From positions 1 through 64,000 of the forward strand of contig JAUCBJ010005141.1 in NCBI GenBank assembly GCA_032718475.1: a stretch of 64,000 bases of DNA, read 5' to 3'. This document shows, in pieces, positions 1 to 12,100 of this stretch (the stretch's first letter is position 1; each line of letters starts with the position of its first letter). The DNA is from Nemertoderma westbladi. Its lineage: Eukaryota; Animalia; Xenacoelomorpha. The translations under genes were made by a program, and so were the position numbers. Below the pieces are notes generated by a model, which worked only from the letters and a program-made list of their open reading frames with translations, was not told where the DNA came from and did not search any database.

Positions 1-52
1 GCTTGTGTTATTACATATTTGCAACGATTACAGTTAATTGCTGAATGGCTCC

Positions 53-67
53 CGCGGGAAATTTGAA
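53..67 (+). promoter_or_regulatory. Candidate CDE/CHR (E2F/DREAM-type) promoter element
   Basis: CGCGG + 4-nt spacer (GAAA) + TTTGAA, the canonical CDE-4nt-CHR spacing; overlaps GCGGGAAA (reverse complement of the E2F site TTTCCCGC); locally CpG-rich; possible splice donor GTAAGT at 149-154. Motif match only. Confidence 0.3.
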
Positions 68-446
68 TTTCACTCGTTCCCGTTTCTGGCCTACTGTGAT
101 CTCGCGGATCTGTACCGGTACCACCAGTACAGCCTAACAGCAGTACCGGTAAGTACCATAGGCCTGCAGATTACCGAGATTACGCTATTCATAATATTTT
201 TACCTATTTTTACCATATTGCCATAGGCAGAGAGGCGAGAGGCGAGACCTAGTAAAAATTCAAACAGCTGAACAGTCTGACAGTGCAGTACCCGAGTACC
301 GGTACCACCTGGTACCGGCAGAGTAGACCGGTACCTAAAAATACAAAATTATAATCACTACCGACACCGGTACTACCGGTAGCGGCTGAGCGGTAGGGGG
401 GCTGTAGGGCAGGCAGGTCTTAATCCAGTAATCCTAATGCAGTAAT

Positions 447-2812
447 CAGCCATTCCAAGCAAAAGTAAACCTTTTGGTGAAAAATGAAAGTACTTAGAAA
501 TGCATTTATTTTGTATTGAGTGTGTAGCACACATATTGTGCTTCATAAAACTGCTTTCAAATGTTCCATAACCCTCGCCAATTTTTTTTTACGGCGTCCG
601 CAAAATGTGATTTAAAAAATGCCAAAAATTCAATATTTTTGGCATAATTACATACAAACCAAAATGGCATGATAATTACCAAACTGGCAATGTCATATGT
701 TTTTCAGAATCTTATATCTATGTAGTAATTAGCTATGTCGGTTAAATAATGTACAACTAATAAATATTTTTCTAATAGCATTGTAATGAGTGGATGGAAA
801 ATATGTCACGACCGTTACGCTGAAGAACAAGTTTTTCCAATATCTCCATATCCCCGGCAGTAATGGTTATAATCTTTTATATCTATCGTTAGGTGGTTCG
901 TATCAATTGTTTGAGTCATATAGTTTAACTTGACTATATGTTCCAGTTGTAGTAATCAGCGTAACGGTCGTGACATTAACATGTGGGAAATGGGAATATT
1001 AGCATAGCATGTATAATTCAAGGAACGAAAGGTCGTCTTTTTTACTCTCCATTTAGATTACATTTTGGAATATGATTCCACACAAAGTGATAATTGTAAT
1101 ATTGGGTGTACAAAGGTTTCTTCTTAACCTATAATGTGCCATAAGAGCACTTATGACCGTAACGGTTGTGACACAAACTTAGGAATCATTATTATACAGT
1201 ATAAATTAATTTGTATCATTTATGATACCACTGCTGCAGTGGGATGTAATTATAATTATACTGTAATCAGGTAGTACACATAATAACCAAAATATCAGCT
1301 TACAATACTACATAGAACAGTAGAACGTATGGCTGCTTACATATAATCTGCAAAATTTGAAAAATTATGTTTATTTACTCTTGCACTTTTCATTTTAGCA
1401 CCGAACATTGTAGGTGTATTCAACTGCGGAATTTAAAAAGCCTTCCATTGAAATCAGCGACACCAGAAAACCTGTATGTAATAGAAATAAACACCATTCC
1501 TACAAGTCTAGTTGTTTTCACTAATTTGAAAAATGCTGTTTACTTGCACTTTTCATTTTAGCACCAAAAATGGTAGGTATGTTCAACCAGTCAACTGCGG
1601 AATTTAAAAAGCCTTCCATTGAAATCGGCGTACCAGAACAGCAGGAAAAACTGTATGTAATAGAGAAAGAAACACCATTCGTACAATTCTAGTTGTTTTC
1701 ACTAATTTGAAAAATGCTGGTTACTTGCACTTTTCATTTTAGCACCAAAAATGGTATGTCAGTAGATGTGTTCAACTGCGGAATTTAAAAAGCCTTCCAT
1801 TGAAATCGGCGTACCAGAAAACCTGTATGTAATTGAAATAAATACCATTCCTACAATTCTTATTGTTTTCAACTAATTTTAAAAATGCTGGTTACTTGCA
1901 CTTTTCATTTTAGCACCAAAAACGGTAGGTCAGTAGGTGTGTTCAACTGCGGAATTTAAAAAGCCTTCCATTGAAATCGGCGTACCAGAAAACCTGTATG
2001 TAATTGAAATAAATACCATTCCTACAATTCTTATTGTTTTCACTAATTTGAAAAATGCTGGTTACTTGCACTTTTCATTTTAGCACCAAAAATGGTAGGT
2101 GTGTTCAACTGCGGAATTTAAAAAGCCTTCCATTGAAATCGGCGTACCAGAAAACCTATATGTAATTGAAATAAATACCATTCCTACAAGTCTAGTTGTT
2201 TTCATTAATTTGAAAAATACTTGTTACTTGCACTTTTCATTTTAGCACCAAAAATGGTAGATGTGTTCAATTGCGGAATGTAAAAAGCCTTCTATTAAAA
2301 TCAGCGTACAAGAAAACCTGCCTGAAATCGATATCAATACCTAACTCTAATACCTTACCATTTTTTGAAATTCAGATTTATGTGAAAATCGATAATGTCA
2401 CAACCGTTACGAAACTATGTCACGACCGTTACGCTGGTTAATTGATTGCCACATTCTCTAATGATACTATATTGCCATACTGTTAATTTCATTTTAAACT
2501 CTATCTATTAACATGTTAGTCTGACATAAGTAACGCTAAATAAGTACAGTAAATTCGATAGAAATTTATAATGTGTAGGAGTCTCTAAAAAGCTTGTCCA
2601 TTTCAGTCACGACCGTTACGCCAACTTTAAACTGGAATACAATCAATAAAACGTAATGTATTCCAGTGCGGTTTCGATTTTATTAAAGGTCCATATCTTA
2701 GGATCATATCATAGTAATATCTTTTCAATATCATTCTTCCATGTGCCCTTAGAATACTCATTAATACCGGAAACCCATGCGGAATGTCACGACCGTTACG
2801 CTGGAATGGCTG
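447..2812. mobile_element. Non-autonomous cut-and-paste DNA transposon (4-bp TSD; possibly Sola-like, superfamily uncertain)
   Basis: Perfect 11-bp TIR CAGCCATTCCA (447-457) / TGGAATGGCTG (2802-2812), flanked on both sides by TAAT (443-446, 2813-2816); seven internal copies of a 16-17-bp motif TGTCAC(G/A)ACCGTTACG(C); no transposase ORF. Confidence 0.72.
1355..2320 (+). repeat. Tandem repeat, ~160-180-bp unit, ~6 copies, inside the DNA transposon
   Basis: Anchor TTGCACTTTTCATTTTAGCACC recurs at ~1381, 1544, 1725, 1896, 2066, 2228, each followed by CAACTGCGGAATTTAAAAAGCCTTCCATTGAAATC or a close variant. Confidence 0.9.
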
Positions 2813-3377
2813 TAATGCTTCGGTTATAAACAGAACAGAACTATCACCTACCGGTACCGCCTGGCCTGGCCACTACTGTACTAGGCACTAGGCCTACCGT
2901 AGGGCCGTAGGTCTGTTCTGTAGGTTGCCGGTAGCGCTGTAGCGCGTAGGGCTGTAGGGTAGCGACAGTCTGAGGTAGTCAGGCAGCCGTAGCGGTAGTT
3001 CAGTCAGTCAGTAGTCTGTTCTGTTACTGTCTGCTGTCACTGTACTGTGTTTTACAGTGGGCAGTGCCCAGTGGGCGGGCATGGGGCAGTATTAGAAAGT
3101 CTGAGATGATGCTGATAGTTCAGTAGTTATTATAGATCAGTCTGTCAGTTGATAGGCAGATATGCCTTTATAATATTATACGATAGCCTAACCGCTATTG
3201 ACAGATTGATTTTAGATATAACAGTCAGACAGTATAAAGCAAGGTTATTCTCCGATTCGACTGTACGATTTCATATAATATAGGCCTATAATTATGTAAT
3301 TACAGAATTAGGCCTAACTGTAACAATATATATACCTGATACCAGTATAGGAATACTGACTGAGTAACTGAAACTGA

Positions 3378-4784
3378 ATGAATATGCCTCCAATTATTCC
3401 TTCGGCAATAAAGTTCGACTATCTGGTTGTCGGTGGTGGATCCGGTGGGATCGCAAGCGCTAATCGTGCGGGGCAGTACGGCGCTAAAGTTGCGCTTATA
3501 GAGAACGGGAAGCTAGGCGGCACCTGCGTGAACGTAGGTTGCGTTCCCAAGAAAATAATGTTCAACACAGCCAGCCACGCGGAATCCATAGACCACGGGT
3601 ATCTTACTGACTACGGCTTCAACGTTTTATCTAAAGGCGACGCCTCGCAGCCAATAGGGAAAGCCGCGTGGCCTGTTGTGAAACAGAAACGCGACGCCTA
3701 CATATCGAAACTGAACGGTATCTACGAGAAAGGATTGGATAAAAATAAAGTTTGTTTGATCGAGGGGGAAGCCCGTTTTATCGGCGAACGAAAAGTCAAA
3801 GTCGGTGACGCCGTCTATACAGCGGACCACGTTACTATAGCGACGGGGGGGCGTCCCATATTCCCTAGCAACGTGCCCGGAGCCGATCTGGGTATTACAT
3901 CAGACGGGTTCTTTGAGCTCGAGGCGTTACCCAGACGTACTGTGGTAGTTGGCGCCGGTTACATTGGGGTGGAGTTAGCTGGTATTCTCAACGCTTTGGG
4001 GTCTAGCGTTAGTTTTCTGATACGTAAAGAAAACGTCCTTCGCACGTTCGATAGTATGATTAGTGTTTCTCTGACAAGCGAAATTGTATCGGCGGGAATC
4101 GACTTGCAGAAAAGCACGAATGTTACATCAGTTAGCAAATCAGATAAAGGTTTGTTAACCGTTTCTACCGACAGGGGTGGAAATATATCGGATGTTGATT
4201 GTTTAATATGGGCCGTGGGAAGGAGTCCCAACGTCGATATCGGTCTAGCCGAGACTTCGGTGAAACTCAACCCCCGCGGTAGTATAGAGGTTGACGAGTT
4301 CCAGAACACGAGTTGCCGGGGCGTCTACGCCCTGGGGGATGTCTGCGGGCGGGCGCTGCTCACCCCGGTCGCCGTAAAGGCGGGTCGCAAGCTCTCCGAT
4401 CGATTGTTCGACGCGCAATCCGCGGCTCGTCTCGATTACTCGGTAATCCCGACCGTGGTCTTCAGTCATCCGCCGATAGGGACGGTGGGTTTAACCGAGG
4501 AGGAAGCCAAAGCTAAATACGGCACGGGAAACGTGAAGATCTACCAGTCGCAGTTCGGTAATCTTTACTACGCGATCACGAGTAAGTCTCAGTCGACCAG
4601 GATGAAGTTGGTCTGCGTTGGCGAGGAGGAGCGGGTGGTTGGTCTGCATATGATGGGTCTGGGATGCGACGAAATGTTGCAGGGGTTCGCCGTGGCCGTT
4701 ACCATGGGGGCGACTAAGGCTGACTTCGATAACACCTTGGCTATCCACCCAACCGGTGCCGAGGAACTAGTAACAATGAGGTAG
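3378..4784 (+). CDS. GSR: Glutathione-disulfide reductase, 468 aa, uninterrupted single-exon ORF
   Basis: FAD-binding GGGSGG, redox-active [18 protein letters not shown]-binding [10 protein letters not shown] followed by [14 protein letters not shown], and the C-terminal [34 protein letters not shown] typical of glutathione reductases; no GCUG/GCCG C-terminal extension of thioredoxin reductase. Confidence 0.95.
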   Translation: MNMPPIIPSAIKFDYLVVGGGSGGIASANRAGQYGAKVALIENGKLGGTCVNVGCVPKKIMFNTASHAESIDHGYLTDYGFNVLSKGDASQPIGKAAWPVVKQKRDAYISKLNGIYEKGLDKNKVCLIEGEARFIGERKVKVGDAVYTADHVTIATGGRPIFPSNVPGADLGITSDGFFELEALPRRTVVVGAGYIGVELAGILNALGSSVSFLIRKENVLRTFDSMISVSLTSEIVSAGIDLQKSTNVTSVSKSDKGLLTVSTDRGGNISDVDCLIWAVGRSPNVDIGLAETSVKLNPRGSIEVDEFQNTSCRGVYALGDVCGRALLTPVAVKAGRKLSDRLFDAQSAARLDYSVIPTVVFSHPPIGTVGLTEEEAKAKYGTGNVKIYQSQFGNLYYAITSKSQSTRMKLVCVGEEERVVGLHMMGLGCDEMLQGFAVAVTMGATKADFDNTLAIHPTGAEELVTMR

Positions 4785-4880
4785 AACATTCCAGATCCTT
4801 AATGATTTCATTCAAAGTGTTTTTATGTATCTTTAGTTGAAGCTTTCACTTGCCCAGCACGGGTTAAACATTCAGGTATA

Positions 4881-5172
4881 TTTGTCGCCCGACAAAACAA
4901 CACCTACCCAACACCTGTCGCCCAAAGCAACACCTACCCAACACCTTGTCGCCCAAAACAACACCTACCCAACACCTTGACGCCCAAAACAACACCTAAT
5001 CCAACACCTTGTCGCCCAAAACAACACCTACCCAACACCTGTCGCCCAAAACAACACCTACCCCAACACCTTGTCGCCCAAAACAACACCTACCCAACAC
5101 CTTGTCGCCCTTGACACCTACCGTCACCTTGACGCCCAAAGCAACACCCTGTCGCCCAAAACAACACCTACC
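4881..5172 (+). repeat. Minisatellite, 30-31-bp unit (CACCTACCCAACACCTTGTCGCCCAAAACAA), ~9 copies, in the probable GSR 3' UTR
   Basis: Directly visible tandem copies starting ~100 bp after the GSR stop; AATAAA at 5281 is a possible polyA signal. Confidence 0.9.
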
Positions 5173-6118
5173 CTCCCACACCACATCCAATGTTACCCAC
5201 AACAAAACATTTATCACTTGGAGTGGTGGGAATTATAATTATGATGAATTACGTTGCCTTTGGTTCGCCTATTTTCTGCAAATAAATTGTATTCACTGAG
5301 TTGTGGCTGTGTAGGTAGTGTGTGAATAGGGTTGGTGCGCGAACAAAGAGTGTTTGGCTAGAAACAATCGAATAAGGGTTAACAAGGTATAATATACCCT
5401 CAATCGTGTGACCTGGTGTGGGGAAATGTCTGAAAGAGAGGGTTAAGTTAGTGTTTGATTGGCTGTTATAATTCTTTAAGTCACCTGCTTCTGATGACGC
5501 TAGGTAGGTCTAAGGGGATAAGAATCAAGCCACCTAGAGTGATTGCTTTGGTAGTCATAATAATAACCTATCAATCTAATTCGTATGATTTAATTACTTA
5601 ATTTTAGTGCCTATAGAGTTGTAAGTTACTCAGATTTAAAATGATACGAAACCAGAATACCCAACGTCTGAACTTTACTCGACTTACTACGACTGACGAC
5701 TAAAGGCCAATCCAATCTGAAACAACCAGGACCGTGTAGATATTTAACGGTATTTCTTAACATTTGAACCAGACACGCCATTATAGCGCACAATGTTACA
5801 TCCTTATTTACTTTTTCAAGCCACACAATTTAATCATCCATCTTTGAGATTTAGTTATAAATTTATTTGAAAGCTAATATTTTTGTATACGGTATTATAT
5901 ATTGTATATTTATCTATTATTTATTATAGAATTTTCCTCAATGACGTATTGTAATTTTTATCACCATCAGTTTGATTAACATTGTTTGTTACTTGTTATG
6001 CATAGCTGCTGCTGTTAGCACAGCTCGCATTCGCCCTATAGTATTCGGTGTTTTGAAATTTACACCCTGTTGCCATGGTGAAACGGGACCTAAAATTCAT
6101 AATTGGCTTTCATCCGAC

Positions 6119-9100
6119 GGTCTCGGGTTCAGCTCTATTGATTTAACTTTAAACCGTTGGTTAAGGTCTCGGTTCAGCTCTATTGATTTAACTTTAAACC
6201 GTTGGTTAAGGTCTCGGGTTCAGCTCTATTGATTTAACTTTAAACCGTTGGTTAAGGTCTCGGGTTCATCTCTATTGATTTAACTTTAAACCGTTGGTTA
6301 AGGTCTCGGGTTCAGCTCTATTGATTTAACTTTAAACCGTTGGTTAAGGTCTCGGGTTCAGCTCTATTGATTTAACTTTAAACCGTTGGTTAAGGTCTCG
6401 GATTCAGCTCTATTGATTTAACTTTAAACCGTTGGTTAAGGTCTCGGGTTCAGCTCTATTGATTTAACTTTAAACCGTTGGTTAAGATCTCGGGTTCAGC
6501 TCTATTGATTTAACTTTAAACCGTTGGTTAAGGTCTCGGGTTCAGCCCTATTGGTTTAACTTTAAACCATTGGTTAAGGTCTCGGGTTCAGCTCTATTGA
6601 TTTAACTTTAAACCGTTGGTTAAGGTCTCGGGTTCAGCTCTATTGATTTAACTTTAAACCGTTGGTTCAGCTCTATTGATTTAACTTTAAACCGTTGGTT
6701 AAGGTCTCGGGTTCAGCTCTATTGATTTAACTTTAAACCGTTGGTTAAGGTCTCGGGTTCAGCTCTATTGATTTAACTTTAAACCGTTGGTTAAGGTCTC
6801 GGGTTCAGCTCTATTGATTTAACTTTAAACCGTTGGTTAAGGTCTCGGGTTCAGCTCTATTGATTTAACTTTAAACCGTTGGTTAAGGTCTCGGGTTCAG
6901 CTCTATTGATTTAACTTTAAACCGTTGGTTAAGGTGTCGGGTTCAGCTCTATTGATTTAACTTTAAACCGTTGGTTAAGGTCTCGGGTTCAGCCCTATTG
7001 GTTTAACTTTAAACCATTGGTTAAGGTCTCGGGTTCAGCTCTATTGATTTAACTTTAAACCGTTGGTTAAGGTCTCGGGTTCAGCTCTATTGATTTAACT
7101 TTAAACCGTTGGTTCAGCTCTATTGATTTAACTTTAAACCGTTGGTTAAGGTCTCGGGTTCAGCTCTATTGATTTAAATTTAAACCGTTGGTTAAGGTCT
7201 CGGGTTCAGCTCTATTGATTTAACTTTAAACCGTTGGTTAAGGTCTCGGGTTCAGCTCTATTGATTTAACTTTAAACCGTTGGTTAAGGTCTCGGGTTCA
7301 GCTCTTGATTTAACTTTAAACCGTTGGTTAAGGTCTCGGGTTCAGCTCTATTGATTTAACTTTAAACCGTTGGTTAAGGTCTCGGGTTCAGCTCTATTGA
7401 TTTAACTTTAAACCGTTGGTTCAGCTCTATTGATTTAACTTTAAACCGTTGGTTAAGGTCTCGGGTTCAGCTCTATTGATTTAACTTTAAACCGTTGGTT
7501 AAGGTCTCGGGTTCAGCTCTATTGATTTAACTTTAAACCGTTGGTTAAGGTCTCGGGTTCAGCTCTATTGATTTAACTTTAAACCGTTGGTTAAGGTCTC
7601 GGGTTCAGCTCTATTGATTTAACTTTAAACCGTTGGTTAAGGTCTCGGGTTCAGCTCTATTGATTTAACTTTAAACCGTTGGTTAAGGTCTCGGGTTCAG
7701 CTCTATTGATTTAACTTTAAACCGTTGGTTAAGGTCTCGGGTTCAGCCCTATTGGTTTAACTTTAAACCATTGGTTAAGGTCTCGGGTTCAGCTCTATTG
7801 ATTTAACTTTAAACCGTTGGTTAAGGTCTCGGGTTCAGCTCTATTGATTTAACTTTAAACCGTTGGTTCAGCTCTATTGATTTAACTTTAAACCGTTGGT
7901 TAAGGTCTCGGGTTCAGCTCTATTGATTTAACTTTAAACCGTTGGTTAAGGTCTCGGGTTCAGCTCTATTGATTTAACTTTAAACCGTTGGTTAAGGTCT
8001 CGGGTTCAGCTCTATTGATTTAACTTTAAACCGTTGGTTAAGGTCTCGGGTTCAGCTCTATTGATTTAACTTTAAACCGTTGGTTAAGGTGTAAGGTCTC
8101 GGGTTCAGTTCTATTGATTTAACTTTAAACCGTTGGTTAAGGTCTCGGGTTCAGCTCTATTGATTTAACTTTAAACCGTTGGTTAAGGTCTCTGGTTCAG
8201 CTCTATTGATTTAACTTTAAACCGTTGGTTAAGGTCTCGGGTTCAGCTCTATTAACTTTAAACCGTTGGTTAAGGTCTCGGGTTCAGCTCCATTGATTTA
8301 ACTTTAAACCGTTGGTTAAGGTCTCGGGTTCAGCTCTATTGATTTAACTTTAAACCGTTGGTTAAGGTCTCGGGTTCAGCTCTATTGATTTAACTTTAAA
8401 CCGTTGGTTAAGGTCTCGGATTCAGCTCTATTGATTTAACTTTAAACCGTTGGTTAAGGTCTCGGGTTCAGCTCTATTGATTTAACTTTAAACCGTTGGT
8501 TAAGGTCTCGGGTTCAGCCCTATTGGTTTAACTTTAAACCGTTGGTTAAGGTCTCGGGTTCAGCTCTATTGATTTAACTTTAAACCGTTGGTTAAGGTGT
8601 AAGGTCTCGGGTTCAGTTCTATTGATTTAACTTTAAACCGTTGGTTAAGGTCTCGGGTTCAGCTCTATTGATTTAACTTTAAACCGTTGGTTAAGGTCTC
8701 TGGTTCAGCTCTATTGATTTAACTTTAAACCGTTGGTTAAGGTCTCGGGTTCAGCTCTATTAACTTTAAACCGTTGGTTAAGGTCTCGGGTTCAGCTCCA
8801 TTGATTTAACTTTAAACCGTTGGTTAAGGTCTCGGGTTCAGCTCTATTGATTTAACTTTAAACCGTTGGTTAAGGTCTCGGGTTCAGCTCTATTGATTTA
8901 ACTTTAAACCGTTGGTTAAGGTCTCGGATTCAGCTCTATTGATTTAACTTTAAACCGTTGGTTAAGGTCTCGGGTTCAGCTCTATTGATTTAACTTTAAA
9001 CCGTTGGTTAAGGTCTCGGGTTCAGCTCTATTGATTTAACTTTAAACCGTTGGTTAAGGTCTCGGGTTCAGCTCTATTGATTTAACTTTAAACCGTTGGT

Positions 9101-12100
9101 TAAGGTCTCGGATTCAGCTCTATTGATTTAACTTTAAACCGTTGGTTAAGGTCTCGGGTTCAGCTCTATTGATTTAACTTTAAACCGTTGGTTAAGGTCT
9201 CGGGTTCAGCTCTATTGATTTAACTTTAAACCGTTGGTTAAGGTCTCGGGTTCAGCTCTATTGATTTAACTTTAAACCGTTGGTTAAGGTCTCGGATTCA
9301 GCTCTATTGATTTAACTTTAAACCGTTGGTTAAGGTCTCGGGTTCAGCTCTATTGATTTAACTTTAAACCGTTGGTTAAGGTCTCGGGTTCAGTTCTATT
9401 GATTTAACTTTAAACCGTTGGTTAAGGTCTCGGGTTCAGCTCTATTGATTTAACTTTAAACCGTTGGTTAAGGTGTCGGGTTCAGCTCTATTGATTTAAC
9501 TTTAAACCGTTGGTTAAGGTCTCGGGTTCAGCCCTATTGGTTTAACTTTAAACCATTGGTTAAGGTCTCGGGTTCAGCTCTATTGATTTAACTTTAAACC
9601 GTTGGTTAAGGTCTCGGGTTCAGCTCTATTGATTTAACTTTAAACCGTTGGTTCAGCTCTATTGATTTAACTTTAAACCGTTGGTTAAGGTCTCGGGTTC
9701 AGCTCTATTGATTTAAATTTAAACCGTTGGTTAAGGTCTCGGGTTCAGCTCTATTGATTTAACTTTAAACCGTTGGTTAAGGTCTCGGGTTCAGCTCTAT
9801 TGATTTAACTTTAAACCGTTGGTTAAGGTCTCGGGTTCAGCTCTATTGATTTAACTTTAAACCGTTGGTTAAGGTCTCGGGTTCAGCTCTATTGATTTAA
9901 CTTTAAACCGTTGGTTAAGGTCTCGGGTTCAGCCCTATTGGTTTAACTTTAAACCATTGGTTAAGGTCTCGGGTTCAGCTCTATTGATTTAACTTTTAAA
10001 CCGTTGGTTAAGGTCTCGGGTTCAGCTCTATTGATTTAACTTTAAACCGTTGGTTCAGCTCTATTGATTTAACTTTAAACCGTTGGTTAAGGTCTCGGGT
10101 TCAGCTCTATTGATTTAACTTTAAACCGTTGGTTAAGGTCTCGGGTTCAGCTCTATTGATTTAACTTTAAACCGTTGGTTAAGGTCTCGGGTTCAGCTCT
10201 ATTGATTTAACTTTAAACCGTTGGTTAAGGTCTCGGTTCAGCTCTATTGATTTAACTTTAAACCGTTGGTTAAGGTCTCGGGTTCAGCTCTATTGATTTA
10301 ACTTTAAACCGTTGGTTAAGGTCTCGGGTTCATCTCTATTGATTTAACTTTAAACCGTTGGTTAAGGTCTCGGGTTCAGCTCTATTGATTTAACTTTAAA
10401 CCGTTGGTTAAGGTCTCGGGTTCAGCTCTATTGATTTAACTTTAAACCGTTGGTTAAGGTCTCGGATTCAGCTCTATTGATTTAACTTTAAACCGTTGGT
10501 TAAGGTCTCGGGTTCAGCTCTATTGATTTAACTTTAAACCGTTGGTTAAGATCTCGGGTTCAGCTCTATTGATTTAACTTTAAACCGTTGGTTAAGGTCT
10601 CGGGTTCAGCCCTATTGGTTTAACTTTAAACCATTGGTTAAGGTCTCGGGTTCAGCTCTATTGATTTAACTTTAAACCGTTGGTTAAGGTCTCGGGTTCA
10701 GCTCTATTGATTTAACTTTAAACCGTTGGTTCAGCTCTATTGATTTAACTTTAAACCGTTGGTTAAGGTCTCGGGTTCAGCTCTATTGATTTAACTTTAA
10801 ACCGTTGGTTAAGGTCTCGGGTTCAGCTCTATTGATTTAACTTTAAACCGTTGGTTAAGGTCTCGGGTTCAGCTCTATTGATTTAACTTTAAACCGTTGG
10901 TTAAGGTCTCGGGTTCAGCTCTATTGATTTAACTTTAAACCGTTGGTTAAGGTCTCGGGTTCAGCTCTATTGATTTAACTTTAAACCGTTGGTTAAGGTG
11001 TCGGGTTCAGCTCTATTGATTTAACTTTAAACCGTTGGTTAAGGTCTCGGGTTCAGCCCTATTGGTTTAACTTTAAACCATTGGTTAAGGTCTCGGGTTC
11101 AGCTCTATTGATTTAACTTTAAACCGTTGGTTAAGGTCTCGGGTTCAGCTCTATTGATTTAACTTTAAACCGTTGGTTCAGCTCTATTGATTTAACTTTA
11201 AACCGTTGGTTAAGGTCTCGGGTTCAGCTCTATTGATTTAAATTTAAACCGTTGGTTAAGGTCTCGGGTTCAGCTCTATTGATTTAACTTTAAACCGTTG
11301 GTTAAGGTCTCGGGTTCAGCTCTATTGATTTAACTTTAAACCGTTGGTTAAGGTCTCGGGTTCAGCTCTTGATTTAACTTTAAACCGTTGGTTAAGGTCT
11401 CGGGTTCAGCTCTATTGATTTAACTTTAAACCGTTGGTTAAGGTCTCGGGTTCAGCTCTATTGATTTAACTTTAAACCGTTGGTTCAGCTCTATTGATTT
11501 AACTTTAAACCGTTGGTTAAGGTCTCGGGTTCAGCTCTATTGATTTAACTTTAAACCGTTGGTTAAGGTCTCGGGTTCAGCTCTATTGATTTAACTTTAA
11601 ACCGTTGGTTAAGGTCTCGGGTTCAGCTCTATTGATTTAACTTTAAACCGTTGGTTAAGGTCTCGGGTTCAGCTCTATTGATTTAACTTTAAACCGTTGG
11701 TTAAGGTCTCGGGTTCAGCTCTATTGATTTAACTTTAAACCGTTGGTTAAGGTCTCGGGTTCAGCTCTATTGATTTAACTTTAAACCGTTGGTTAAGGTC
11801 TCGGGTTCAGCCCTATTGGTTTAACTTTAAACCATTGGTTAAGGTCTCGGGTTCAGCTCTATTGATTTAACTTTAAACCGTTGGTTAAGGTCTCGGGTTC
11901 AGCTCTATTGATTTAACTTTAAACCGTTGGTTCAGCTCTATTGATTTAACTTTAAACCGTTGGTTAAGGTCTCGGGTTCAGCTCTATTGATTTAACTTTA
12001 AACCGTTGGTTAAGGTCTCGGGTTCAGCTCTATTGATTTAACTTTAAACCGTTGGTTAAGGTCTCGGGTTCAGCTCTATTGATTTAACTTTAAACCGTTG

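Noticed and set aside
3378-4784. Bacterial contamination or thioredoxin reductase identity
   Set aside because: Flanks are eukaryotic repeats with no operon context; the sequence has GR signatures and lacks the TrxR C-terminal redox tail.
3627-4789. Short ORFs overlapping GSR on both strands
   Set aside because: Shadow frames of a GC-rich coding sequence; no motifs.
4996-5299. Pro/Thr-rich and Gly/Val-rich ORFs
   Set aside because: Translations of the 30-31-bp minisatellite.
5972-6232. ORF with a signal-peptide-like start
   Set aside because: Non-ATG start and it runs into satellite sequence.
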